Positions 46,810-57,125 of a stretch of DNA of 64,000 bases are shown piece after piece. The notes under the pieces were generated by a model. The model made no database searches. It saw only the letters and a list, made by a program, of their open reading frames with translations, and was not told the DNA's origin. Source of the stretch: a virus; IMG/VR virus record IMGVR_UViG_3300044646_003076; one strand, 5' to 3'. How positions within the stretch are numbered: the first letter of the stretch is position 1; every line of letters begins with the position of its first letter. The position numbers and the translations under genes are program-made.

Positions 46810-47804
46810 TTGTAAAGTCTAATATTATCTCCCTTCTTTAGGGTACGGCTCTCATATTGAGAGCTTTTTTTATACCTCATAATATTCTCAATGTCATCAA
46901 AAAGAATACTCAGATAAGCTGGTTTAATAATATAAATCTCTCTTTTCTTGTCTTCCTTGTTCATCTCGTATTCATAATTTGTCACTCCAGTAACGAAACT
47001 AGATTTCGGTGTGTGGACCGTATAACCTAAACCATCATCATAAAACTCGTAATAATAAGAATTAGCAGTAAAGGTGCTATTCTCACTTAAGGTAAAATGA
47101 ACTTCTTCTACTCTAGGATCCGCTAAAATCGGTTCAGAATTAGCTGGAACTTCATTCAGAATAAATTCAAATGACGTGACTAAATTATCAGTTTCTTCTA
47201 AAATATTACTAATAAAAAATTGACCATTATATTCTCTGTCTGATATATTGAATAGTGTTATTTGAGTTCCCACCTCTAATCCAACAATACCATTAACAAG
47301 TTCAATTGATCCGGTAGTTCCACTACTTGTTAAGGTATTAATCTTTGCATTAACAACTTCAATAAAATTGCCATTGGTTTTCCATGTTGGTGATAATCTG
47401 ATACCACCTTTCAGCATTGTTATTCCTACTGAGTTTTGAATCTCTTCGGTTTCATAGTGATGAATTCCAGAATAAAGATTATCATAAGATCCATATTTTT
47501 GTAGCATCACTTGATCAAAAACATTAGAAGGTAACGGCCATTCATCTTGAACATTCAGAATATTATTAGACAGAAAAACAACCCAATCTAATGTTGGATC
47601 ATCGTAGAATTTATGTGCTACTTGATCAGCACGTTCATCTCCTTCAATTGAATATTTCTCAAAATAAGCGAGATTATTGAAGATGCTAGATGTAATCTGT
47701 CCACGACGAAAGAAATTCTTGACTATGGTGTAATCAGAAATCTTTGAATCTGGAAGAAGACTGACGTAATTAAAGTCAGAAACGTAACTGAAGTAGTGTG
47801 CCAT
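46806..47804 (-). CDS. gp53: Baseplate wedge subunit gp53
   Basis: KNFFRR, YSIEGDERADQVAHKFYDDPTLDWVV, IHHYET, NYEYE...KREIYIIKP. Confidence 0.88.
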   Translation of the reverse strand: MAHYFSYVSDFNYVSLLPDSKISDYTIVKNFFRRGQITSSIFNNLAYFEKYSIEGDERADQVAHKFYDDPTLDWVVFLSNNILNVQDEWPLPSNVFDQVMLQKYGSYDNLYSGIHHYETEEIQNSVGITMLKGGIRLSPTWKTNGNFIEVVNAKINTLTSSGTTGSIELVNGIVGLEVGTQITLFNISDREYNGQFFISNILEETDNLVTSFEFILNEVPANSEPILADPRVEEVHFTLSENSTFTANSYYYEFYDDGLGYTVHTPKSSFVTGVTNYEYEMNKEDKKREIYIIKPAYLSILFDDIENIMRYKKSSQYESRTLKKGDNIRLYN

Positions 47805-48799
47805 TAGTATCCAATCGGATGATCGTCTTCATCATAATCACTCGCATAAACAGGAAGAATTTCTTGGAATGTCATATTAACATTATATGCAACCATCGTG
47901 CCGTCTTTATATGTCATGTAAGAATTATTGGGAGTATAATCAACCGTACAATTTTGCAATGCGCAGGTTTTTACTTTCCCGATGCCAATGTGTGTCTTAC
48001 TGCTACCCATCAAATACTTAATACCAAAGACGTAAGGTGATTTAATGAATAAGCTATTCTCTTGAACTCTTGGTGCCATTCCTTGCTTAAAGAATCTTAT
48101 GATTTTCTTGACTTCATCAGCTTCATCTTGATCTCTAGGTGATAATTTAAAGTTGAACGTAAATGGTCGCAATGATGGAGTGTTAAAGAGTAACTCTAAA
48201 TTTGGATTAAGAATCTTACCTGTTGCTCTTGTGAATAATCCTTGTACACTAATAATCTGCTCAACTAATGCGAGTCTACCAAGATCACCAATAGATTCAT
48301 CTGTTAATAAACTTGTCATGGCATCTATTGACTTATCCATTTGGAGTCCTTCGCCGCCCTTCATTGCATTATATGATAGATTGGCAACTCTTCTTTGAAT
48401 ATCGTTTAACTGACCTCCATCTGCCCAGGTAACCGCATTGGTATCCTGGATTTTATCCTGAATTGGAAGAAATACTCTTTCTACACTATTACCTCCCATT
48501 TTTAGAGCACTATTGACATAAAATTCCGATTCCTTCATTGCATTTTTTACTTGAGGAAAAGGAGTATCAATGTTCAAATTTTCTGCCGGACCAACTCTAG
48601 GCGCTTCTAATTTATCGCTTTTTAGTTTATATTCTTTGATGCTAAATTCTATTCTATCTTGCCCTTCAACCACATCGTCATTTTTCATGTTAGTGGGATA
48701 CATCAGGTAGGACTTGTTTCCACCTTTACCTGATTTTTTTACATTTCTGTTTAACGAACCACCCAATGTCTCTAATCTGGCGGTTGAAATGATGGGCAT
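47804..48799 (-). CDS. gp48: Baseplate tail-tube cap gp48
   Basis: NPNLELLFNTPSLRPFTFNFKLSPR, KTCALQNCTVDYTP, MTFQEILPV. Confidence 0.9.
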   Translation of the reverse strand: MPIISTARLETLGGSLNRNVKKSGKGGNKSYLMYPTNMKNDDVVEGQDRIEFSIKEYKLKSDKLEAPRVGPAENLNIDTPFPQVKNAMKESEFYVNSALKMGGNSVERVFLPIQDKIQDTNAVTWADGGQLNDIQRRVANLSYNAMKGGEGLQMDKSIDAMTSLLTDESIGDLGRLALVEQIISVQGLFTRATGKILNPNLELLFNTPSLRPFTFNFKLSPRDQDEADEVKKIIRFFKQGMAPRVQENSLFIKSPYVFGIKYLMGSSKTHIGIGKVKTCALQNCTVDYTPNNSYMTYKDGTMVAYNVNMTFQEILPVYASDYDEDDHPIGY

Positions 48800-48810
48800 T
48801 GTTTTTATTA

Positions 48811-48816
48811 TATTTA
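48811..48816 (-). promoter_or_regulatory. Late promoter TAAATA
   Basis: Reverse-strand CTAAATATA just upstream of the gp48 start. Confidence 0.6.
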
Positions 48817-49374
48817 GAGCTTAATTGGATAGAATGTTTGTATTCTTAAAACATCTTCCAACTCCCACTCCTTTATTTCATAAAAACGAGACTGAAAACC
48901 ACTATAATTGTAATTTCTATACATGCTCTCAATGTACTGTGGTGCATACTTCCAATGTAGATTCACACCTAAAACCTTGAATGCGCTCTTATCTATAATA
49001 ATAGAAACAGGATAAAGATCAAAATACTTACCTTTTGTTTTTGCCCAATACTTAAAAGTATAATATTTACCCAGTTCCAATGATTCTTCTTGTCTTCCTA
49101 GATTTTGTAATGTCTCCACTAGCTTATCCCAATAAAAATTAGGACTCTTTCCTGGTGGCAATGAATCCGCTAACTCTTTTATGCTATAGAGCTGCTGTCT
49201 TTCACGAATTCTTCTTTCTTTATCGGTAGTTGATTGAACAATAGAAACAGGTTTCTTTTCTTCTTTCTCTAATGCTAATCTTTTCGCTCTACTAATAAGA
49301 CCACCAAATTGGATATTCGTTTCAATCCATTTAAGAATCCATTGAGTTGAGCGAGAGATTATGTTCTTGAACAT
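48814..49374 (-). CDS. gp2: DNA end-protector gp2-like protein
   Basis: GKYYTFKY.AKT...D.YP...GVNLH; syntenic between gp48 and gp4. Confidence 0.65.
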   Translation of the reverse strand: MFKNIISRSTQWILKWIETNIQFGGLISRAKRLALEKEEKKPVSIVQSTTDKERRIRERQQLYSIKELADSLPPGKSPNFYWDKLVETLQNLGRQEESLELGKYYTFKYWAKTKGKYFDLYPVSIIIDKSAFKVLGVNLHWKYAPQYIESMYRNYNYSGFQSRFYEIKEWELEDVLRIQTFYPIKL

Positions 49375-49378
49375 CAGC

Positions 49379-49825
49379 TTACTTAATTCCTAAATCGCTT
49401 TCTGTTAGAATAATAAATTCCATTCCATTTCTATCACAAAACTCTTCAGCAAACTTCCATTTTGATGTGTTTTTCTGATAGGTCTTACACTCATTGATAT
49501 AAGTTCTGGTTTTCTTTCTTCCTTCTTTTGGTGGTTGAGTTTGACGATAGGGTTTTACTTCCGCAAGATATTTCTTAGTTTGACCATCTTTATTGACAAT
49601 TTCCATATAGACATCTGGAAAGTATCTGCGGGTTTTCATTGACGATTCGTCCCAATACTTAATAGCAAACGGTTCACTAGACCATTTTAGAACACTACTT
49701 GTATTATCGCAGAATTGAAACAGATGTCTTTCCCAAGAAGAACGAAAGACAATTTCATTAAGATCTCCAATATACTTATCTGGATTTATTGGATGATAAA
49801 AGTTCTGTACCCAATTAGTAGCCAC
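49379..49825 (-). CDS. gp4: Head completion protein gp4 (TnsA-like nuclease)
   Basis: P.NPDKYIGD...FRSSWE, WSSE, RRYFPD, EVKP, N.SKW..A. Confidence 0.93.
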   Translation of the reverse strand: MATNWVQNFYHPINPDKYIGDLNEIVFRSSWERHLFQFCDNTSSVLKWSSEPFAIKYWDESSMKTRRYFPDVYMEIVNKDGQTKKYLAEVKPYRQTQPPKEGRKKTRTYINECKTYQKNTSKWKFAEEFCDRNGMEFIILTESDLGIK

Positions 49826-49855
49826 TAAATATACTTTAGACTCTTTTTATATTTA
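49826..49855. promoter_or_regulatory. Face-to-face late promoters
   Basis: TAAATA on + at 49826-49831 and on - at 49850-49855. Confidence 0.65.
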
Positions 49856-49863
49856 GCGGAACG

Positions 49864-50574
49864 TTGTATAAACCCAAACCACCAACAATAGCACAATTAA
49901 AAAGTAAGATTCTTCGTCCGGCAACGACATCTAATTTTCAATGTTGGTTTCCGCCACCAGCACAAGTTAGAAACTGGATCTCCGATAAGAATAAAGCGGG
50001 TATTGATATTAATTTCAACGATGAGACTTTTGAACTCATTAGTCTTAATTGTACTGAAGCTAGTCTTCCGGGTTCAACATTTGCAACAAATGAAATCACC
50101 GATGATTATACTGGTGTAACAGAAAGACATGCCTATCGTAGACAATATGACGATAGAAGCGACTTTACTTTTCAGGTGGATAACTCCGTTGATAATGCAC
50201 AGAATAGTCCGAATTATAGAGTTTTATTGTTCTTTGAATTATGGATGGAATATATTGCAGATGAACAAAAATCTTTAGGTCTTGAGGATCCGAATTATTT
50301 TTATAGAGTAAATTTCCCTTCTTCTTATCAGGCACCATATATTATCTTAAACAAGTTTGAAAAAGATTATAGAGGAAATTACTTACAATATAAGTTTTTA
50401 CAAGCCTTTCCGATTGCGATAAACAGCATTCCAGTTTCTTACGATTCAACTCAATTATTGCAATGTACAGTGTCTTTTGCCTATACTCGCTATGTTATCA
50501 ATACACTACCTCTTTCGGGATTACCGATTCCAAATAATCCGGCTCCACAAAATCCTCTCACACCAACCACATAA
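49864..50574 (+). CDS. Tail-tube-family protein (gp19/gp54-like)
   Basis: C.EASLPGS.FAT, YRRQYDD, FELWMEYI, FP..INSIPVSY, L.CTVSFAY. Confidence 0.8.
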   Translation: MYKPKPPTIAQLKSKILRPATTSNFQCWFPPPAQVRNWISDKNKAGIDINFNDETFELISLNCTEASLPGSTFATNEITDDYTGVTERHAYRRQYDDRSDFTFQVDNSVDNAQNSPNYRVLLFFELWMEYIADEQKSLGLEDPNYFYRVNFPSSYQAPYIILNKFEKDYRGNYLQYKFLQAFPIAINSIPVSYDSTQLLQCTVSFAYTRYVINTLPLSGLPIPNNPAPQNPLTPTT

Positions 50575-50603
50575 ATAAAAGCAAAACATATTATTTTTGA
50601 TTC

Positions 50604-51371
50604 ATGTCTGTTCTACCTCGTCCAGTTTATCCTACCTATGAGATTGTTATTCCGTCTCTCAAAAAGAAAGTAAAGTTTCGGCCTTATAGAGCTGTAGAAG
50701 AAAAAGTTCTTGCAATCGCAATGGAGAGCGAAAACATCTCCGAGATTACTACTGCGATTAAGATGATTCTTGAAAATTGCATTCAAGCTAAAGATGTTGA
50801 TGTAGAAAGACTTGCAACTTTTGACATTGAATATCTTTTTCTTAATATTCGGGCAAAGGCATCTGGGGAGGTTATTGAACTTCAGGTTCTTTATCCTGGT
50901 GAAGAAGATCTCTATGTTCCTGTTAAGGTCAATATTGATGAGATTAAAATACAGGAAACTAAAGGTCACACCAATATTATTAAACTTGATGATGATATGA
51001 CGATGATTATGAAGTATCCAACCTTTGACTTCTTCATTAAAGAGCAATTTGAGATGCCAGAAGATGCGGATACCGAAGATAAAATGAAGAAAGGTTATGA
51101 TCTTATTGCTTCTTGTGTTGATAAGATCTGTAAAGGTGAAGATGTATGGTTAGCGGAAGATGTCGGAAGAGAAGAAGTTATTTCCTTTCTAGATGATCTT
51201 CTCACAAAACAGTTTGAAAAAGTTGAGGAGTTTCTTAATACCATGCCGCAACTAAAACATACAATTAAGATTCAACATCCAACTCGTACTGTTATTGATC
51301 CAAAAACCAAAAAAGAAGTTCCAGAAGAAGCAGAAATTACACTGAATGGGTTAGTTGATTTTTTTATCTAG
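50604..51371 (+). CDS. gp26: Baseplate hub subunit gp26
   Basis: KVKFRPY...EEKVL.IAMES, TFDIEYLFLNIRAKA.GE, MKYP, MP.L.H. Confidence 0.9.
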   Translation: MSVLPRPVYPTYEIVIPSLKKKVKFRPYRAVEEKVLAIAMESENISEITTAIKMILENCIQAKDVDVERLATFDIEYLFLNIRAKASGEVIELQVLYPGEEDLYVPVKVNIDEIKIQETKGHTNIIKLDDDMTMIMKYPTFDFFIKEQFEMPEDADTEDKMKKGYDLIASCVDKICKGEDVWLAEDVGREEVISFLDDLLTKQFEKVEEFLNTMPQLKHTIKIQHPTRTVIDPKTKKEVPEEAEITLNGLVDFFI

Positions 51372-51373
51372 GA

Positions 51374-51565
51374 ATGTCGCACACCAATCTTGAGGTGTAT
51401 TATCGGCGAATGTTTGCATTAGTTCAATATCATAAATGGAATCCCGAATGGCTAGATAATATACTACCATGGGAATTTGATGCATATGTTGAAATGTTAA
51501 AAATGCATCTAGAGGAAGAAAAAGTCAAACAGCAACAACAACAACAAAGTCAAAATAGGGTCTAA
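51374..51565 (+). CDS. gp51: Baseplate hub assembly protein gp51
   Basis: FALVQYHKW...N.LPWE...YVEML. Confidence 0.85.
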   Translation: MSHTNLEVYYRRMFALVQYHKWNPEWLDNILPWEFDAYVEMLKMHLEEEKVKQQQQQQSQNRV

Positions 51566-51591
51566 ATATTCTGTAGTATCCATAAGCCATA

Positions 51592-54294
51592 ATGCCGGCA
51601 ACAAGAGTACGCCGCCCTAAAATAGAGGATCTTAAATTAACAGCAGTTCAGTTAGCGAAAGCGCAAGATTTTGTAGAAGATCTTGGAATTGGTGTTAAGG
51701 ATTCTCTATATTATTATGCGATCTTATGGTGTAAAAATCACGAAAAGTCAAACGGTGATTTTCTAACAGACAATCAAAGAAAAAAGTTTGATGACGACGT
51801 AAGCAAAAATAGACGAAGTGCTCTCACGCTTAAGATTTTAGGTGAGATTAGCTTATTACAAGAATCGGATAAAGATGATAAAGATCGGCTACAAAATAAT
51901 ACTTCCGCAACCAATCAACAATTAAGATCCAATACAACTCGTTTAAGACGACAGAAAACAAAGCCGATAAACAAACCACCTGTTCTAAAAATCACTATTG
52001 ATAAGAGTGAAGTAGAAAAAGGTGAAAGTTATACCGTAAGCTGGAAGTCTGAAAATGCAATAGCTGTTTCTAGATCTGTTGGATTTTATCCAAAGATTCC
52101 AGACGTTGAACTGAGTGGATCTAGAACTTTTGTTGCAGATAGAATTGGTAGTAAGACTTTTGCTATCACAGTAAGATCAGCATCCGGTAGAGGAGTATTA
52201 TCCACAGCAAAAATTCAAATTGTTGAGACAAAAACATTACCCGATCAACAAGCGGCTCCAGCATCATCGCAACCAAGAATAAAAACCGCAAGATTAACAA
52301 GATCCACATCTTCTCAAGGACCAACACAAGTTTTTGTTGATATTAATGATTCACTCACAAATATTATTAAGATTCTTGATGCACAGAATAAGTTTCTTCT
52401 AAAAATAGGTAAGAAAAAGACCCAAGAAGATGAGAATGAGAATCGTAAAAAAAGAGAATCTCTGTTAAAAAAATCTAAAAGATTCAGAAAACAGGTAATG
52501 AAAAAAGCCATGGCTCCTGTTAAGAATCTTCTTGAGAGAATATGGAAATTCATATATCTTACTTTTCTAGGAAGAGTTTTTACTGAATTTATAAAATGGG
52601 CAAGTGATCCAAGTAATGCAGGAAAAATAAAATCTATTAGTAGATTTTTTAAAGACTTTTGGGTTTGGATTGCTGGTGCGGCAACAATATTCTTTACTCC
52701 ACTGTATGGATTTATTAGGGGTACATTGAAGACACTCAACTTTTTCCGTAAAGTATTAATAAAAGCTCCAATAAGAAATTTATTATTTAATCCTACGGTT
52801 TTAGCTATAGCTGGAATAACGGGATTGGCAGTTGCGGCCAATGAAGTAACAGGACAACGAAAAGCAGCAAAGCTTCAGACAGAGAGAGCTGCCAAAGTTC
52901 AAGCCGGAAAGGCAATTGATGTTCCTGGCATTGATATTATTAACGAAAAGTATAAAACACCTGGAATTGGTGGAAGAACTGAAAGAGGTTTCCTAAAAGG
53001 TGCATCTACTGGTGGAATCGTAACACCTAGCACCGGAATAACAGTAAAGGGTGCTGGTGTTGATACTCAATTAGTTCCAATTCAAGATGGTGGTTCTGTT
53101 GTCTTACAAAAAGGAGAAGCGATTCTTCAAAAAGGTGCGAGAGAACGAATGATCTCTTCAACCGGAATTGATCCTCTTATGTTCAATATTGGAGCTAATG
53201 CTAATAGACCAAGAACAATCGGATCCAAGTTGACCACAATGAGTACAGGTGGAATTGTTGGAGGTAAATTAGATCTCATAAAACCACAAGCTAGATCTAT
53301 TCTTGACAGACTTATTAAAGGTGGTCTAACACCAACAGCCGCCGCTGGTGTTGTTTCTAATATCGGTGTTGAAAGTGCTTACACTTATGATCCAAATACT
53401 CATCAACATAGAGGTGGTCCTGGTAGAGGATTAGTTCAATGGGAAAAGGGCGGAAGATTTGATACTGATCCAATGAATCTTACATCTTTTGCTAAAAGTA
53501 GAGGAAAACCATGGAATGATTTGAATACTCAAGTTGATTTTATTCTACATGAACTAAACAATCATCCTGAATATAGTTTAGTAAAAGATAAAATCAATAA
53601 GGCTAAAAATATAGGAGAAGCAACCAAAATCTTTTTGAATGATTATGAAAAAGCCGGCACCCCTCATATTGAAAATAGATTAGCTGTCGGTAATCAATTG
53701 ATGAAAAGTGGTTGGTTAAATCCACCAAAACAAAAAACAAAATCTCAGTTTCCCGATATACTGAGAATGCTCACAGGACAGCCTAGAGCGGTTTCGGCTG
53801 CGGAATCCCCCAAACCAAGCCGGGCATCAACCAAACCAAAACCGATGCCGAAACCCCAACCCCCGCAACGGTCTTGGTGGGATCCTAGACGCCTTATGGG
53901 GTTGAAAAAGGGTGGTCTGATAAGAGCGAGTCATCCGACTGCTGGAAGTAATCCAGATGATAAACATTTAGCACTTTTGAAAGCAGGTGAGTATGTTATT
54001 CCTAGACTTACTGTTCAACGAGTCGGATTAAACTTCTTTGATAATCTTGTTGCAAAAACCGACGAGAATTCAAATGCAGCTAGAATGTTACCGATTCCAA
54101 AAGATGATAGTATTCTTCCACCATCACCAAGAATGGGTAATATGGGTGGATTTATAACACTTCCACCGATGGCACATAACATGATGGATGATAAAACAAA
54201 TTCTCCTGTGACAAGTGTTCCGAGTTTTGGTGTTATTGCACCGATGGGAACTGGTGTTCGTCAGATGCTCGCTGAAATTTACGGTATTGGTTAA
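51592..54294 (+). CDS. Large baseplate-hub/tape-measure-like protein with phage tail lysozyme domain
   Basis: GLTPTAAAGVVSNIGVES...GRGLVQWE...Q.DFILHEL...F...YEK; helical N-terminal part; LK.GEYVIP. Confidence 0.75.
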   Translation: MPATRVRRPKIEDLKLTAVQLAKAQDFVEDLGIGVKDSLYYYAILWCKNHEKSNGDFLTDNQRKKFDDDVSKNRRSALTLKILGEISLLQESDKDDKDRLQNNTSATNQQLRSNTTRLRRQKTKPINKPPVLKITIDKSEVEKGESYTVSWKSENAIAVSRSVGFYPKIPDVELSGSRTFVADRIGSKTFAITVRSASGRGVLSTAKIQIVETKTLPDQQAAPASSQPRIKTARLTRSTSSQGPTQVFVDINDSLTNIIKILDAQNKFLLKIGKKKTQEDENENRKKRESLLKKSKRFRKQVMKKAMAPVKNLLERIWKFIYLTFLGRVFTEFIKWASDPSNAGKIKSISRFFKDFWVWIAGAATIFFTPLYGFIRGTLKTLNFFRKVLIKAPIRNLLFNPTVLAIAGITGLAVAANEVTGQRKAAKLQTERAAKVQAGKAIDVPGIDIINEKYKTPGIGGRTERGFLKGASTGGIVTPSTGITVKGAGVDTQLVPIQDGGSVVLQKGEAILQKGARERMISSTGIDPLMFNIGANANRPRTIGSKLTTMSTGGIVGGKLDLIKPQARSILDRLIKGGLTPTAAAGVVSNIGVESAYTYDPNTHQHRGGPGRGLVQWEKGGRFDTDPMNLTSFAKSRGKPWNDLNTQVDFILHELNNHPEYSLVKDKINKAKNIGEATKIFLNDYEKAGTPHIENRLAVGNQLMKSGWLNPPKQKTKSQFPDILRMLTGQPRAVSAAESPKPSRASTKPKPMPKPQPPQRSWWDPRRLMGLKKGGLIRASHPTAGSNPDDKHLALLKAGEYVIPRLTVQRVGLNFFDNLVAKTDENSNAARMLPIPKDDSILPPSPRMGNMGGFITLPPMAHNMMDDKTNSPVTSVPSFGVIAPMGTGVRQMLAEIYGIG

Positions 54295-57125
54295 TGGATC
54301 CACAATCAAAAAATCGTTCATTAACTGATAAGGCACTTGTTCTTAAGATTCGTAAAAAAGTCTTAACGATGGAGAAGGTATTAAAAAATAGTATCGGGGC
54401 ACAACTTCTTAATCAAAAGAATGATGATAAACAAAAGAAGAAAAGTAAAAAATTATCAGACGATAAAGATAAGAAAAAAAGAAGAAAACAGACGCTCTTT
54501 GAGAAGGTAAGAAATAAAGCTGCTGTTAAGACCGGAATTTTTGATGGATTAACAAACTTTTTTGTTAATAGTCTTTTAGGTTTTGTTTTTACTAAGATCA
54601 TACCATTTCTTCCAAGATTAACTGGAATTCTTGGAGCATTGAAACCTGCTGGTGATTTTCTCGCACTTATCGCCAGACTTTTCATGGGTGCAATTGGTGG
54701 ATTTATTGAGACTGGTTATAAGGTTCATGATCAATTAAAGGGTAAGCATGAGGCAATTAAAAAGATTCCAATTAAACAAGAATTTAACTCTTTTCAGCAA
54801 GCATTAACTAATACTCTTAGTGATGTTACTGATGTTGTTTATAAAATTGCTGGTCAAGATACACCTAAAACTGCAACATCAAAAACACAACAGAAGCCAA
54901 TAAAAGGTGCTGCAACTGGTGGAACAATAGGACCAACCAGAGGAAACATTCCAGTTTATAAATCTCCAACAAGAGAGCTAAAATCAACAAGACAAACAAG
55001 AGTTCCAAGAAAGCAAAGTATTCCTGAAACAAATATCGGTAAAGATGTTGGTGGTGAAGCAAAAGTTCGGAGATTTTATGGAAGTCCCAAAATCGGACTT
55101 GGTGGCATTCTCGGTATTTTTAGACCAAAAGGAACACCTTCAAGAAAAACACCAGTTGATAGTATCTCCAATGTCTCCAAGACCTTGAGAAGAAGAAATC
55201 AACTATTTGGTGATATTGCAAGTGTTGGTTCCGATCTCGCTTTAGGTCAAAAACCAAGTAAGACTGTTTATAAAAACACTGCTAAAGATGTTATTGAATT
55301 AGCGAGATTTATTGCAGAACGACAGGAGCAAAAACAAAAAGATTCAATTTTTGCAATGGCTTATGGTGGTGTTATTCCTTCTAGAGCATCAGAAGTTGCA
55401 TCCAGAAATAATCTGGTTGAAATGGTTTCTGTTATTATTGAAAGATCTGTTGAAGAAAGAGTTAATAAGGCAATTGGTGATTTTAGGCAACCCATTGGCC
55501 GAGATGAAATGCTTGAAAAGAATAGACAAAAAGGTGGCGGTGTATCTGGACCAGATTATGGTACATCTGAAGGTGTGAGTGGTATTTCTGGGGGAACTTA
55601 TGGTGGCTATAATCCCAGAGGCGGTTTAGAAAAACAGATCTACGAATATCTAACCAAAGATAAGAAGATGAGTGATATTCAAGCTCTCGGTCTTATGGCT
55701 AATATTTCAAGAGAGAGTAGTTTTATTCCAAATAACAGAGAACCTGGCGGAACTGGTATCGGATTATTCCAATGGTCTCATGGAAGACGAGTACCATTTA
55801 TGAGAGCGGTTCCTGACTGGGAAACAAATTGGAAGGCGCAGATTGATTATGCACTAAATGAGCCACAATCTCTATCGGGAGTAAGACCCGGCTCCTATTC
55901 CACTAAAAGTTTTGCTTCTGCACAAGAAGCTGCAGATTGGTGGATGGCTGAATGGGAAAGACCCGCTGATAAAATTTCTGGTTCCAGAAAACATTCAGGA
56001 TATTTAAGAGATATTCCTAGAGGACCACAAGGTAGTGCTATGTTTAGAGCACCCGAGTTTTCTTCTAGTGAAGTAGAATCTAAATCAACAGGATTTAGAA
56101 GTGGTCTTAAAACTGGCCCAGAAGGTAGAATTGGTGCAGGAACTGGATATCACGTTGATGCGAGATTTGTTACTGGTCTATCATTAAAGGATAAAATCGC
56201 AATGATGGATTCTATGGCATCTGCTCATGCAGCGGAAGGTTATGTTATGGAATTCTCTGGTGTTGGTGTTAGTAATCTAAGATGGAATCCTAATGCAAGT
56301 CAAAAAGAAAAAGAGGAATTAGCAAAGAGGGTGTTAGTTTCACACCATTCTGCTAGAGCAGGCTATGAGCCATTCGATTATTTTATTGTTAAACAAAATG
56401 TTAAAAATAGATTTGTTGGTGGATCTGATCTGTCTGTTTCTGGTATTGCAGGAGCTAACATAATGGCACCAAAAATATCAGGTGGAACTTTTGAATATCA
56501 AGCAGAACCCGGTGGCTATGGCAGATTTCTTGTTATTCGTGATAAGAATGGGAATTTAGTGATGAAAATAGGTCATGGTGATTTGGGTTTACCTTCTCCA
56601 AGAGAATTAGGAAAAAGATTTAATATGGATGAATTGCGGGAGTCTGATAGTGGATTGGTTATTAAGAATGGCAAACAAGGTGTGATGGTTGATGGCAAAT
56701 TTAAACCAAAAAAATGGACAAATGAAGAAAAACTTAAATTTGAGCAAACTTCTAATACTCCAAAGAAAGATAACAAAAAATCCAACACCAAACAAAATAT
56801 TAAGACTACCACCAAAACAATTAATAATCGCTCCCGAAAAATTCCAAAAACCAATAAACCTGCAGCTAAACCAAATGCTCTTCAAAGCACCTGGAGTAAT
56901 ATAAAAAGTGGATTCAAAAAATTAACAGGATTGAAGCGAGGTGGATTCATCGGTAATTACTCAAGTGTTCCATCTGGCTATGCTTCTTATGAAAATTATG
57001 GAGGTTCGGTTATTGTTGCAATTCAACCTGTTATGATACAAAAAGAAGTGGCGATTGATAACACTATTCCGATACCATTTCCAATGCCTTCTAGTGTAAA
57101 TAATGTATCCAACTTTAGAGGATAA
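54294..57125 (+). CDS. Second large hub-like protein with phage tail lysozyme and possible M23-like domain
   Basis: ALGLMANISRES...GIGLFQWS..RR...WERP; GYHVD; GGYGRFLVI...GH. Confidence 0.72.
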   Translation: MDPQSKNRSLTDKALVLKIRKKVLTMEKVLKNSIGAQLLNQKNDDKQKKKSKKLSDDKDKKKRRKQTLFEKVRNKAAVKTGIFDGLTNFFVNSLLGFVFTKIIPFLPRLTGILGALKPAGDFLALIARLFMGAIGGFIETGYKVHDQLKGKHEAIKKIPIKQEFNSFQQALTNTLSDVTDVVYKIAGQDTPKTATSKTQQKPIKGAATGGTIGPTRGNIPVYKSPTRELKSTRQTRVPRKQSIPETNIGKDVGGEAKVRRFYGSPKIGLGGILGIFRPKGTPSRKTPVDSISNVSKTLRRRNQLFGDIASVGSDLALGQKPSKTVYKNTAKDVIELARFIAERQEQKQKDSIFAMAYGGVIPSRASEVASRNNLVEMVSVIIERSVEERVNKAIGDFRQPIGRDEMLEKNRQKGGGVSGPDYGTSEGVSGISGGTYGGYNPRGGLEKQIYEYLTKDKKMSDIQALGLMANISRESSFIPNNREPGGTGIGLFQWSHGRRVPFMRAVPDWETNWKAQIDYALNEPQSLSGVRPGSYSTKSFASAQEAADWWMAEWERPADKISGSRKHSGYLRDIPRGPQGSAMFRAPEFSSSEVESKSTGFRSGLKTGPEGRIGAGTGYHVDARFVTGLSLKDKIAMMDSMASAHAAEGYVMEFSGVGVSNLRWNPNASQKEKEELAKRVLVSHHSARAGYEPFDYFIVKQNVKNRFVGGSDLSVSGIAGANIMAPKISGGTFEYQAEPGGYGRFLVIRDKNGNLVMKIGHGDLGLPSPRELGKRFNMDELRESDSGLVIKNGKQGVMVDGKFKPKKWTNEEKLKFEQTSNTPKKDNKKSNTKQNIKTTTKTINNRSRKIPKTNKPAAKPNALQSTWSNIKSGFKKLTGLKRGGFIGNYSSVPSGYASYENYGGSVIVAIQPVMIQKEVAIDNTIPIPFPMPSSVNNVSNFRG

